41,839 nucleotides of DNA from Gemmatimonas sp. (GTDB lineage: Bacteria; Gemmatimonadota; Gemmatimonadetes; Gemmatimonadales; Gemmatimonadaceae). Numbering within the stretch: the stretch's first letter is position 1; each line of letters starts with the position of its first letter. The position numbers and the translations under genes are program-made. Location of the stretch: positions 1 through 41,839 of the forward strand of contig JANNVQ010000046.1 of NCBI GenBank assembly GCA_031414535.1. Direction: 5' to 3'. The notes under the pieces are model-generated. The model was not told where the DNA came from, made no database searches, and worked only from the letters and a program-made list of their open reading frames with translations. Positions 1-8,595 of the stretch are shown here, piece after piece.

Positions 1-256
1 GGCCGATGCGCGCGACGGCAGCACCGAGCGCGACGCGGAACGCACGCGGGGCAAGAAGCACAAGAAGGTGGCCGAGGCGCAGCGGGCGTATGGCACCGAT
101 GATTTACCCGGCCTAGTGACGCGACTCGAAGAGGAAATGAAGACGGCGGCCAAGAATCTCGATTTCGAATCCGCAGCGCGCTTGCGCGATGAGCTCTTTG
201 ACCTGAAGGCGGCGATGGGTGAACGCGCCGAGAAGACTCCGCGTGCTCGGCGTTGA
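1..256 (+). CDS. uvrB: Excinuclease ABC subunit B, C-terminal fragment (5' end outside window)
   Basis: Frame is open from position 2 and ends in a UVR coiled-coil domain (LEEEMKTAAKNLDFESAARLRDELFDL), as at the UvrB C-terminus. Confidence 0.75.
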   Translation, partial: ADARDGSTERDAERTRGKKHKKVAEAQRAYGTDDLPGLVTRLEEEMKTAAKNLDFESAARLRDELFDLKAAMGERAEKTPRARR

Positions 257-659
257 ACTGACGCTTCCTGAGCTTCTCGAGTGGGCCCGCGCGTTTGGCG
301 GTTCGCTCGAGGCGCCGGCGGTGATTGCGCTGCGCGGCGAGCTCGGTGCGGGGAAGACGACGATGGCTCAGGCAATGATCAAGGCGCTTGGCGTCACCGA
401 CGACGTGACGAGTCCCACCTATGCCTTGGTGCACGAGTATCGGTCCCCGCGCGGGCCTGTGCATCACTTTGACTGGTACCGCCTGCGCGACGCGTCCGAA
501 CTCGTGCAGCTTGGCTGGGATGACATTCTCCGCTTGGATGGAATCATCTTCGTGGAGTGGCCAGAGCGCGCCGCTGCGGCTTTGCCGTCCTATGCCGCGC
601 AGGTGCATCTTGAGTACGTGCCTTCGCAGCCCGACCTCCGGAGACTCACGTGGGTCTAG
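219..659 (+). CDS. tsaE: t6A tRNA modification ATPase TsaE
   Basis: Walker A GELGAGKT, SPTY motif, HFDWYRL and VEWPE; adjacent to tsaB. Confidence 0.95.
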   Translation: MNAPRRLRVLGVELTLPELLEWARAFGGSLEAPAVIALRGELGAGKTTMAQAMIKALGVTDDVTSPTYALVHEYRSPRGPVHHFDWYRLRDASELVQLGWDDILRLDGIIFVEWPERAAAALPSYAAQVHLEYVPSQPDLRRLTWV

Positions 660-1321
660 CGGGCATCACACTCGTCATGGATGCCGCGGCGGGGAATGGC
701 ACGATTGCCGTGCTGCGTGATGGCACAGTCGTCGCCGAGGCTGACGTCGTCATGCGCAGCGAGCAGGAAGAACGATTCTTTCCGGCGGTTCTCGACACCC
801 TCGCGCGTGCGGGTACCACGCTGGATGGCGCGCAGCAATTGATCGTGGGCGCGGGACCGGGAAGCTTCACGGCGCTTCGAGTCGTTGGTGCCATCGCCAA
901 GGGAATCTGTCAGGGACGTGGTATCGCGCTGTACGCGGTGCCCTCGCTCGCACTCGTGGCCGTGAGTGACGTCCGCCAGTACGCCGCAAGTTCGCGTTGG
1001 CTTGTCACGCTGGACGCACTTCGAGGCGAGCGCTACGCCGCGCTGGTGAGCCGCGCGGCCGGTGGTGAGGTGCTCAGCGTGGAACAGCTCGGGGTGATTG
1101 CAACGAGTGCCTTGATCAAGCGCGCCGCCGACCTCACGGCCACGTTGATTGGCCCTGACGAGGCGCTAATCTCGCGCCCGCACGCGCGTCACGTCACGCA
1201 TTCCCTCGGGATCGTGCTGGCCTCTGGGCCGGTGGACCTCGCCAGTTGGGAGCCGGTCTATGGTCGTCTCGCCGAAGCGCAGGTGAAGTGGGAGGCGGCG
1301 CATGGCCGTCCGCTCGCATGA
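650..1321 (+). CDS. tsaB: t6A modification protein TsaB
   Basis: GPGSFTALRV motif and DALRGE; lies between tsaE and rimI. Confidence 0.92.
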   Translation: MGLAGITLVMDAAAGNGTIAVLRDGTVVAEADVVMRSEQEERFFPAVLDTLARAGTTLDGAQQLIVGAGPGSFTALRVVGAIAKGICQGRGIALYAVPSLALVAVSDVRQYAASSRWLVTLDALRGERYAALVSRAAGGEVLSVEQLGVIATSALIKRAADLTATLIGPDEALISRPHARHVTHSLGIVLASGPVDLASWEPVYGRLAEAQVKWEAAHGRPLA

Positions 1322-1791
1322 GCGCGAGCGAACTCATCATTCGGAGACCGCGACCCGAGGACTTCGAGGCCATCGTCGCAATCGAACAGGCCAGCTTCGC
1401 AGATGCTTGGGAGCCAGAGAACTTCTATAACCTGGTCACCCCACCGGCCGAGCATTGCCGCGTGGCCGAGCGCGATGGAAAGCTGGTCGGATATTGGGTT
1501 GGCTCGCGCATTGATGAGGAGGCCGAACTCGCGAATCTGGCCGTGGACCCAGCGCTGCGGCGTTCGGGTGTGGGCGCGAGACTGTTGGCGGATTTCTTGG
1601 ATCACGTGGGGGCGTTGGAGCGCACCACTGTGTTCTTGGAGGTGCGCGTATCCAACGCCCCGGCTATCGCCCTCTACCGACGCTACGGATTCGCCGAGCT
1701 GTCCCGGCGCAAGGCGTATTACCAGAAGCCAGAAGAGGATGCTGCGGTGATGGCACGAAGGCCTGCACGGATTAGATTCCTCACGCAGTGA
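1318..1791 (+). CDS. rimI: Ribosomal protein S18 alanine N-acetyltransferase (GNAT)
   Basis: NLAVDPALRRSGVGARLL, FLEVRVSNAPAIALY and RKAYY motifs; ATG at 1318 overlaps the tsaB stop (ATGA). Confidence 0.9.
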   Translation: MSASELIIRRPRPEDFEAIVAIEQASFADAWEPENFYNLVTPPAEHCRVAERDGKLVGYWVGSRIDEEAELANLAVDPALRRSGVGARLLADFLDHVGALERTTVFLEVRVSNAPAIALYRRYGFAELSRRKAYYQKPEEDAAVMARRPARIRFLTQ

Positions 1792-1860
1792 CGCGATGCG
1801 CAGATTGTCCCCGGGCCACGGTATGGTGACCACGCGGACTGACCCATACCAGGAGGCCAC

Positions 1861-2337
1861 GTGAGCCGCAGCTTGAACAAGGTCACCCTGATCGGCAACC
1901 TCGGCGCCGATCCGGAAGTGAAGACCACCTCGAATGGCAGTAAGGTTGCACAGTTCTCCCTCGCCACTGGGCGTCAGTGGACCTCGGCATCCGGCGAGAA
2001 GCAGGAGAAGACGGAGTGGCACAAGTGCGTCGCCTGGAACGGCAAGACGAAGGGCTCAGGCCTCGCCGACGTCATCGAGCGCTACGTCAAGAAGGGCGAC
2101 AAGCTCTTCGTCGAGGGCGAAATCCAGTACCGTCAGTACGAGGACAAGGACAAGCAGACGCGCTACATCACCGAGATCAATGTGCGCGAAATCCTGCTTC
2201 TCGGCGGCGGAAAGGGCGGAGAGGGCGGTTTTGAGTCCTCGCGTCCGGCCAAGGCGGCGTCTGGCGCCAAGGGCGGGGAGGCCGGTTTCTCGGACTTCCC
2301 AGAGGCCATGGACGGGGACGACGATCTGCCGTTTTGA
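1861..2337 (+). CDS. ssb: Single-stranded DNA-binding protein
   Basis: LNKVTLIGNLGADPE, EKTEWH, Gly-rich linker and acidic DDDLPF tip; AGGAGG at 1851-1856 before the GTG. Confidence 0.98.
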   Translation: MSRSLNKVTLIGNLGADPEVKTTSNGSKVAQFSLATGRQWTSASGEKQEKTEWHKCVAWNGKTKGSGLADVIERYVKKGDKLFVEGEIQYRQYEDKDKQTRYITEINVREILLLGGGKGGEGGFESSRPAKAASGAKGGEAGFSDFPEAMDGDDDLPF

Positions 2338-2350
2338 GGCTTCGCCTCAG

Positions 2351-2561
2351 GACGGATGACGGCTGCTACAGGAGGGGTGGGGGCCTGCGGGCTCCCACCC
2401 CTCATCCATATTAGAGCTTCCGTCCCAGCCCCCGGTGTTGCACTTTCTGAGTCCCGCTCGTCCTCCGCTGAGATAGCCCAAGGTCCGTCCCATGTTCGCT
2501 GGGGCGGGCAGAAACCGTCGGAAACCGGAACGCTTTTGGCATCCGTCATCCGTCATACGTC
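2351..2561. repeat. ATCCGTC heptamer family: inverted arms framing the ssb-LysM intergenic region
   Basis: GACGGATGACGG at 2351-2362 and ATCCGTC-ATCCGTC-ATACGTC at 2541-2561. Confidence 0.8.
2372..2403 (+). terminator. GC-rich hairpin after ssb (possible terminator or RNA-stabilising stem)
   Basis: GAGGGGTGGGGGCC-TGCG-GGCTCCCACCCCTC, a 14-bp stem with one G-U pair; no clear U-tract. Confidence 0.5.
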
Positions 2562-2579
2562 TCACACAGGCTTCGCACC

Positions 2580-3728
2580 ATGTCGATTCGCCGTCAGCTC
2601 TCCGCCACGCTCGTCCTCCTCGCCATCACCCCGGCTCTCGCTGCCGCTCAGGGCGAGGCTGCACGGACGCATACCGTGAAAACGGGCGACACCTTGTGGG
2701 ATCTCGCCCAGCAGTACCTCGGCGATCCATTCAAGTGGCCGGAGATCTATCGGCGCAATCAGAGCACCATTCAGGACCCGAACCTCATCTATCCCAATCA
2801 GGTGATTGTCATCTCGGGCGATGTGAGTTCCACGGCAGGGACGCCAGCCGACGCGACTGGAACGGGACAGGTCGGCCAAACTGGCCAGTCTAACGCCGAT
2901 ACATCCATGGTGTCGGACACCCTTTCACCGCAGCAGGCGCCGCTTCCGGTGCCTACGATGACCATTTTCAATCCCGATCGCTTCCGCGTCGTCCGCGGTG
3001 AGCGTAGGGCACTTCGCATTCAGGACCCCGCATCCGCCGTCCGCACGGGAGACTATCTGCAGGCTCCCTTCATGTGGGACGCATCCGGGGTGAAGGGTGC
3101 AGGCCAGGTCACGGAGGGCAGTTCCACGGACGGTATTGGCATTTACAACACCGAGCGTCCCATCCAGTACATGGAGGAACTCTACGTGCGTGTGCCGGAG
3201 GGCTCGGCCGGCAACGTGGATGATCGCTATCTGTTGTTCCGGTATGGTCCGACCATCGAGGGGCAGGGGCGCGTTGTGGTGCCGACCGGGATCGTGAAGG
3301 TGACGAGGCCCGCCGTGAGCGGGCGCGCGCAGGCGGTGCTGCTTGCCAAGTTTGAGGATGTGTTTGCCGGTCAGGCCATCATGCCCCTGGACACTCTCTC
3401 CATCGCGCCAGGGGTGTTCCCCTCGCGCGTTGAATTCGGCCTCGCCACGACCATCACCTACGTCTACGGTAATCCCGTGCTGCCGCCGGTGGGCCACCAG
3501 ATCATCTTCGGGGCGAAGGCCAGCGACGGTGTAGTGCCAGGCGACCAACTGACCCTCCAGGTGCCAGGCAACATCGCGGCCGACGGTTCGGTGCTTCCAA
3601 CGCAGGACGTCGCGATTGCGCAGGTCACGCGCGTCACCCCTTGGGGTGCCAGCGCAATCATCATTAGCCAGACCGATGGTGGGATTGTCAGGGGCATGGC
3701 CGCACGCCTCTCTGGCAAGATGCCCTGA
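2580..3728 (+). CDS. Exported LysM peptidoglycan-binding protein, TsaP-like
   Basis: Signal peptide, then LysM (HTVKTGDTLWDLAQQYLGDPFKWPEIY...IQDPNLIYP), a linker and a beta-rich C-terminal region; the TsaP resemblance is by motif recognition only. Confidence 0.75.
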   Translation: MSIRRQLSATLVLLAITPALAAAQGEAARTHTVKTGDTLWDLAQQYLGDPFKWPEIYRRNQSTIQDPNLIYPNQVIVISGDVSSTAGTPADATGTGQVGQTGQSNADTSMVSDTLSPQQAPLPVPTMTIFNPDRFRVVRGERRALRIQDPASAVRTGDYLQAPFMWDASGVKGAGQVTEGSSTDGIGIYNTERPIQYMEELYVRVPEGSAGNVDDRYLLFRYGPTIEGQGRVVVPTGIVKVTRPAVSGRAQAVLLAKFEDVFAGQAIMPLDTLSIAPGVFPSRVEFGLATTITYVYGNPVLPPVGHQIIFGAKASDGVVPGDQLTLQVPGNIAADGSVLPTQDVAIAQVTRVTPWGASAIIISQTDGGIVRGMAARLSGKMP

Positions 3729-3778
3729 GGCGCTGCTGCCCCGGTGTGTAAAGCCGCATCTGTCGGCTAGTTTTGGGC

Positions 3779-4729
3779 ATGACTCAAAAACGTGCACTTG
3801 TCACCGGAGGAGCCGGGTTCATTGGCTCCCATGTGTCTGACGCTCTGCTGGCCGATGGATGGAACGTAACAGTTCTCGATGACCTCTCGAGCGGCAAACG
3901 AGAGCAGGTCCCGACTGCCGCGCATTTTGAGCAGGCAGACATTCGCTCCGCCGAGGCTGCCAAGCTCGTGCGTGAAGGGAAGTTCGACCTGCTCTGCAAT
4001 CTCGCGGCGCAGATGGATGTCCGACGCTCCGTCTCCGATCCGTCCTTCGACGCCGACGTCAACATTCGCGGTTCGTTGAATCTGATCGAGGCCGTGCGAG
4101 CCAGCGGCCACGCGACGCGTGTCATCTTCGCGTCCACGGGCGGCGCAGTGTACGGCGACTTCGTCGAGCCGCCGAATATTGAGACCTACGAAAAGAATCC
4201 GGAGAGTCCCTACGGCATTGCCAAGTTCGCCGTGGAACTCTACCTCGCGTACTACGCGCGCATCCACGGGCTCGACTACGTGGCGCTACGCTTTGCCAAC
4301 GTGTTTGGCCCGCGGCAGGATCCGCATGGAGAAGCCGGCGTCGTGGCCATCTTCTGCCAGCGTCTCATCGCGGGAACTCCGCTCACCGTGTACGGCGATG
4401 GCGGACAGACGCGCGACTACGTCTATGTCGGTGATGTGGCTCGTGCCCATGTCCTCGCGGCAAACGGGGCGGTGATGCCCGCCGCTCGCGTGGACGAACG
4501 CGGTATCAATATCGGCACTGGTCGCGAGACCTCCGTGATTGAGCTCGCCACCGTGCTGATGCGCGCGGCGGGACGCTCGGCTCCGCTGCAACACGCGCCG
4601 GCTCGTGCGGGGGAACAACGCCGCTCGGTCGTGAGTATCGAGAAGGCAGGGCGCGTGCTTGGTTGGACGCCTGAAGTCACGCTCGAAGATGGCCTCGCCA
4701 AGACCTTTGCCTGGTTTGCCCAACGCTGA
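3779..4729 (+). CDS. NAD-dependent epimerase/dehydratase (UDP-glucose 4-epimerase-like extended SDR)
   Basis: TGGAGFIGS, STGGAVYG, YGIAK (YxxxK) and NVFGPRQDPHGEAGVV motifs. Confidence 0.9.
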   Translation: MTQKRALVTGGAGFIGSHVSDALLADGWNVTVLDDLSSGKREQVPTAAHFEQADIRSAEAAKLVREGKFDLLCNLAAQMDVRRSVSDPSFDADVNIRGSLNLIEAVRASGHATRVIFASTGGAVYGDFVEPPNIETYEKNPESPYGIAKFAVELYLAYYARIHGLDYVALRFANVFGPRQDPHGEAGVVAIFCQRLIAGTPLTVYGDGGQTRDYVYVGDVARAHVLAANGAVMPAARVDERGINIGTGRETSVIELATVLMRAAGRSAPLQHAPARAGEQRRSVVSIEKAGRVLGWTPEVTLEDGLAKTFAWFAQR

Positions 4730-5436
4730 TGCTCTTTTTTCAGATCAAGTCCGCGATTCCCTCCACCCGCTTTGAGCTGATTCTGAACTCGAGCGACGAG
4801 ACAAAGGTCGTACTCGTTGTCCTCGTGGTGCTCTCGTTGCTCTCCTGGTCGGTGATGCTGACGAAGTGGTTGGCCTTCCATCGTGCCGAGAAGTCTGGGC
4901 GCGAATTCCTCGTGGAGTTCCACAAGGGCGGCAAGCTCGAGGCCGTCGCTTCGCTGGCCAAGCGCTCCAAGCCCTCGGCGTACACGCGCGTGCTGCAGCG
5001 GGCCCTGCAGTTCCTGCAGGAGACGGGCCTCGTGCGCGGAGAAGACGGAAAGCCCGCGCAACTCTCCGCCTCGCAGGTACAGGCTCTGCGCCTCGTGCTG
5101 GACTCCGAGACCAACTCCGAGCGCGAGCGCCTGGGAAGCTGGATTCCCACGCTTGCGATGATCGGCTCGGTGTCGCCGCTCTTGGGGCTACTCGGAACCG
5201 TGCTGGGCATCATTGAGGCCTTCCTTGGCGTGGCGCGCGGCGGCTCGGGTAACCTTGCGGCCATTGCGCCGGGCGTGGCCGAGGCACTGATCGCGACGGC
5301 GACGGCACTGGCCGTCGCGATTCCCGCGTACTTTGGCTACAACATCTTCGCGGCGCGTCTCAACCGCTTTGATGGCGAGTTGGAGGGCTTCGGGACTGAA
5401 GTGATTGCCCTGATGGCGCGCGAGGGACGGCTCTAG
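4729..5436 (+). CDS. tolQ: MotA/TolQ/ExbB proton channel protein
   Basis: SPLLGLLGTVLGI and APGVAEALIATA motifs; first gene of a tol-pal cluster. Confidence 0.9.
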   Translation: MLFFQIKSAIPSTRFELILNSSDETKVVLVVLVVLSLLSWSVMLTKWLAFHRAEKSGREFLVEFHKGGKLEAVASLAKRSKPSAYTRVLQRALQFLQETGLVRGEDGKPAQLSASQVQALRLVLDSETNSERERLGSWIPTLAMIGSVSPLLGLLGTVLGIIEAFLGVARGGSGNLAAIAPGVAEALIATATALAVAIPAYFGYNIFAARLNRFDGELEGFGTEVIALMAREGRL

Positions 5437-5437
5437 G

Positions 5438-5854
5438 ATGCGGCGTCGCGGTCGCGGTGATCGTACGCCCTTGCTCGCGGAAATCAACGTCGTCTCGTTG
5501 ATTGACGTGATGATGCTGCTGATGATCATCTTCATGATCACGGCGCCAATGATGCAGGGCGGCGTGGACGTGGAGTTGCCACGGGCGGCCGCCCGTCCGC
5601 TCAACGCCAACACCGCACTCGTGGTGAGCGTCACTCGCGATGGCCGCATCTTCGCAGATGATGTGGAACTCTCGCTGGGCGAATTCCGCGGCAGCTTTCG
5701 CACGTTGGCCGAGCAGTCCGGCCGCGCCGGTGTGTACCTGCGCGCGGATCAAGGCGTCCCCTACGGCCGCGTGGTTGAGGTGCTGGCCATCATGCGTGGT
5801 GCAGGCGTGGGGAACATCGGTCTCGTTGCCGAGCCGGAGGACCTGGACCGTTGA
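5438..5854 (+). CDS. tolR: TolR/ExbD family protein
   Basis: EINVVSLIDVMMLLMIIFMITAPMM and LRADQGVPYGRVVEV motifs. Confidence 0.9.
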   Translation: MRRRGRGDRTPLLAEINVVSLIDVMMLLMIIFMITAPMMQGGVDVELPRAAARPLNANTALVVSVTRDGRIFADDVELSLGEFRGSFRTLAEQSGRAGVYLRADQGVPYGRVVEVLAIMRGAGVGNIGLVAEPEDLDR

Positions 5855-6558
5855 GTGCCGTGCAGCGGCCCACCGGGGGGATTGGCGGCGCCTTCGTGCT
5901 CTCAGTCGTGTTGCACGTCGCCGTGGTGCTGCCCTTCGTGGTGTGGAAAGCCGCGCCGGAGGCTGCGCTGCCACCGATGTACAAAGTGGATCTGGTCGGT
6001 GCACCGCCTGGCGAGCGGCAGATGGGCGTGGTGCGCGAGAATCCGCCAGCCAACGAGCCCACGGCGCCCGCGCCGCCCAAGGCCTCGACGGCCGAGCCGG
6101 TAAAAACTGCGCCCATCAACCCACCCACGCGCCGTCGGGAGCCCACACGCGCGACGCCGAATGTTGTTGAGAAGTCCACCACACGCGTCGATGCATCGAA
6201 GGCGCCGACGGCTGGCAGTGGTGCTACGGGCAATACGGGCACAGATGTGGCAACAGTGCGCACGGAAGGGATCAATTTTCCATTTCCGGGGTACTTAGAA
6301 AACATCGTGCGCCAGGTGGCGTTGAACTTCAGGCCCCGCAATCCCGGGGCCCTGAAGGCTGAAGTCTTTTTCTTCATCCGGCGCGATGGCTCGGTGACCG
6401 GTTTTCGATTCATCTCTAGCAGCGGCAACTTTGCATTTGACCTCGAAGCCCAGGGTGCGGTCGAAGCCGCGGCCCGGCGATTTGGCGCTTTGCCCGCTGA
6501 CTTCTCTGACGACATCCTCCCGGTGACGTTTTCCTTCGACCCCGCACGCCTGCGATGA
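5851..6558 (+). CDS. TolA/TonB-like energy transducer (TM anchor, Pro-rich linker, TonB C-terminal domain)
   Basis: N-terminal SVVLH TM motif, Pro-rich linker and IRRDGSV...SSGNFAFDLEA C-terminal domain; occupies the tolA position. Confidence 0.8.
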   Translation: MSAVQRPTGGIGGAFVLSVVLHVAVVLPFVVWKAAPEAALPPMYKVDLVGAPPGERQMGVVRENPPANEPTAPAPPKASTAEPVKTAPINPPTRRREPTRATPNVVEKSTTRVDASKAPTAGSGATGNTGTDVATVRTEGINFPFPGYLENIVRQVALNFRPRNPGALKAEVFFFIRRDGSVTGFRFISSSGNFAFDLEAQGAVEAAARRFGALPADFSDDILPVTFSFDPARLR

Positions 6559-7856
6559 CGCGAGTGCTCCGCTGTACGATTCGCGCAATGGCCCTCGTGG
6601 CCCTCGTGGCCCTCGTGGCCCCTCTGGCTCCCGCACTTCGCGCGCAGGATTCTGGCGTGCGCATAGGTCTCACCTACACGGCAGGCACTCGGCCGGCGGT
6701 GTATCTGCTGCCCGTCACCGGCCCGTACAACGACAGCATTCGTGCCATTCTCGCACGTGATCTCGACTTCGGCGACCGCGTCTCCGTAATTGCGCCGGAT
6801 TCTGGGGCTCCCGTCAACGGCCCACTCAATTATCAGTTGTACTCCCGCCTCGGTGCGGCTGCCGTGCTACGCGTGAGTCAGGCCATGGGCGGTGGGGTCA
6901 ACGTTGAGTTGCACGAAGTCGGTGCAGCGCGCGTACTGCAAAAAAAGGACGTGCGCATCACGTCCGAGCCCCTCTCCGCGGAGTGGCGTATGGCGCTGCA
7001 CCACGTGAGCGATGAGGTCGAGGAGTGGATTACGGGTGTTCGGGGCATCGCTGCCACGCGCATCATGTTCAACCGCAACGGTACGCTGTGGACCGTGGAC
7101 GCCGACGGCGCGAACGTGCGACAGATTCCCGGCCTGTCGTCCGGCTTCAGCCCGGCCTGGCACCCGAACGGCCGTATGATTGCATACTCGAGCTACGCGG
7201 ACGATGGCTCGCACGTGTATGTGCGCGAACTCCTCACTGGCAACGCGCGTCGGGTCTCGTTTGATATCGGCGTCAACCTCACGCCCGCGTTTTCGCCCGA
7301 CGGCAAGACGGTGGTCTTTGCCTATGGGAGCGATGCATCGGACCTCTGGTCGGTGAAGCTACAGGGCGGGGAAGGCCCCGTGCGGATTACGGTTGGGCGG
7401 GGCAGCGAGAACGTCCAACCCACATTTTCGCCGGATGGTCGTCGCATCGCGTTCACCTCTGGGCGGCTGGGGCGCCCGGAGATATATATTACGGACGCAG
7501 ATGGAACGAACCCGCAGTGGTTAACCACGACGGGCTTCGGCGACCAGTCGTATCGGTCCGATCCCTCCTGGGCGCCTGATGGCCGTTCTGTGGCCTTCCA
7601 GACGCAGATTGAAGGCCGCTTTCAAGTGGCGACAATCAACCTGCGGGACCGGTCTGTAAAGCAGCATACCATCGAAGGCATCAACGAGCAGCCGTCTTGG
7701 TCACCAGACGGCAGGCACTTGGTTTTCACGTCGAATCGCGGCGGTTCGCGTCAGATGTGGGTACTCGACACGGAATCCGGGCGCATGCGTCAACTCACAA
7801 CCGGAGCCCCGGCTCGAATGGGCGCTTGGTCACCGCGCTTGATTGCAACACCCTAA
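6555..7856 (+). CDS. tolB: Tol-Pal beta-propeller protein TolB
   Basis: Signal peptide and repeated PD40 motifs (PAWHPNG, PAFSPDG, PTFSPDG, PSWAPDG, PSWSPDG); upstream of pal. Confidence 0.92.
   Translation: MTRVLRCTIRAMALVALVALVAPLAPALRAQDSGVRIGLTYTAGTRPAVYLLPVTGPYNDSIRAILARDLDFGDRVSVIAPDSGAPVNGPLNYQLYSRLGAAAVLRVSQAMGGGVNVELHEVGAARVLQKKDVRITSEPLSAEWRMALHHVSDEVEEWITGVRGIAATRIMFNRNGTLWTVDADGANVRQIPGLSSGFSPAWHPNGRMIAYSSYADDGSHVYVRELLTGNARRVSFDIGVNLTPAFSPDGKTVVFAYGSDASDLWSVKLQGGEGPVRITVGRGSENVQPTFSPDGRRIAFTSGRLGRPEIYITDADGTNPQWLTTTGFGDQSYRSDPSWAPDGRSVAFQTQIEGRFQVATINLRDRSVKQHTIEGINEQPSWSPDGRHLVFTSNRGGSRQMWVLDTESGRMRQLTTGAPARMGAWSPRLIATP
6591..6617 (+). repeat. In-frame 9-bp tandem repeat (GCCCTCGTG)x3 in the tolB signal peptide
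   Basis: Three perfect copies encoding ALV-ALV-ALV. Confidence 0.85.
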
Positions 7857-7870
7857 GGTCCTTGCTCGTC

Positions 7871-7914
7871 ATTCTCTCGTAGTTCTTTCGTTGTTCTTTC
7901 GTTGTTCTTTCGTT
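7871..7914 (+). repeat. 11-bp tandem repeat (GTTCTTTCGTT)x3 plus one degenerate copy, between tolB and pal
   Basis: Perfect copies at 7882-7892, 7893-7903 and 7904-7914; ATTCTCTCGTA at 7871-7881. Confidence 0.9.
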
Positions 7915-7959
7915 GTCCATTTGCAGCACGTTGTAGTCACCCTTTTTGAGGTCCGATTT

Positions 7960-8595
7960 ATGAACTCCCGCCTTCCGATGCTTACGACGCTCGCGGCCGC
8001 TGTGGTTGTGATGTCCGCCTGCCCGTCCAAGACGCCGCCGCCACTTCCGATGCCGGCCGTGAACCAGGACTCCATTGACGCCGCCCGCGCGCGCGCCGAG
8101 ACCGAGGCCGCTGAGCGTGCCCGCCGTGAGGCCGAGGCTCGTGCCGCCGCCGAGCGTGAAGCCGCTGCCCGTACCGCTCGCGAAGCTGAAGAGCGCGTCC
8201 GTCGTGAGGCCGCTTCGGCCATGGCGTCCGCGCGTGCAGCCTTCGCCTCGAAGATCTTCTTCGACCTCGACCAGTCCACCCTCACCACGCAAGCCCGCGC
8301 CATCCTCGACGCGAAGCTCCCCTTGATGCGCACCAACGTCAACGTCCGCATCCGCATCGCTGGTCACACCGACGAGCGTGGTTCTGACGCCTACAACATC
8401 GCCCTCGGTCAGCGTCGTGCCGCTGCCGCCAAGCGCTACCTCGTGGACAACGGCATCGCCGCTGACCGCATTGACGTGGTGAGCTTCGGCGAAGATCGTC
8501 CGGCTGCGATGGGCTCTGATGAGGCCGCGTGGTCGCAGAACCGCCGCGATGAGTTCGAGATCATCGTTGGTGGGGAGACGCTCCGCCTCCCGTGA
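7960..8595 (+). CDS. pal: Peptidoglycan-associated lipoprotein Pal
   Basis: Lipobox-like MSAC, OmpA-like domain (IFFDLD, GHTDERGSDAYNIALGQRRA, QNRR); GAGG upstream of ATG 7960. Confidence 0.95.
   Translation: MNSRLPMLTTLAAAVVVMSACPSKTPPPLPMPAVNQDSIDAARARAETEAAERARREAEARAAAEREAAARTAREAEERVRREAASAMASARAAFASKIFFDLDQSTLTTQARAILDAKLPLMRTNVNVRIRIAGHTDERGSDAYNIALGQRRAAAAKRYLVDNGIAADRIDVVSFGEDRPAAMGSDEAAWSQNRRDEFEIIVGGETLRLP

Noticed and set aside
219..1791. tsaE-tsaB-rimI without tsaD
   Set aside because: tsaD is often encoded elsewhere, so this is not unusual.
2503..2540. Resemblance to a c-di-GMP-I riboswitch (GGCAGAAACC...GAAA...GGAACGC) upstream of the LysM gene
   Set aside because: The stem around GAAA pairs poorly and the second hairpin is missing; not supportable without a covariance-model hit.
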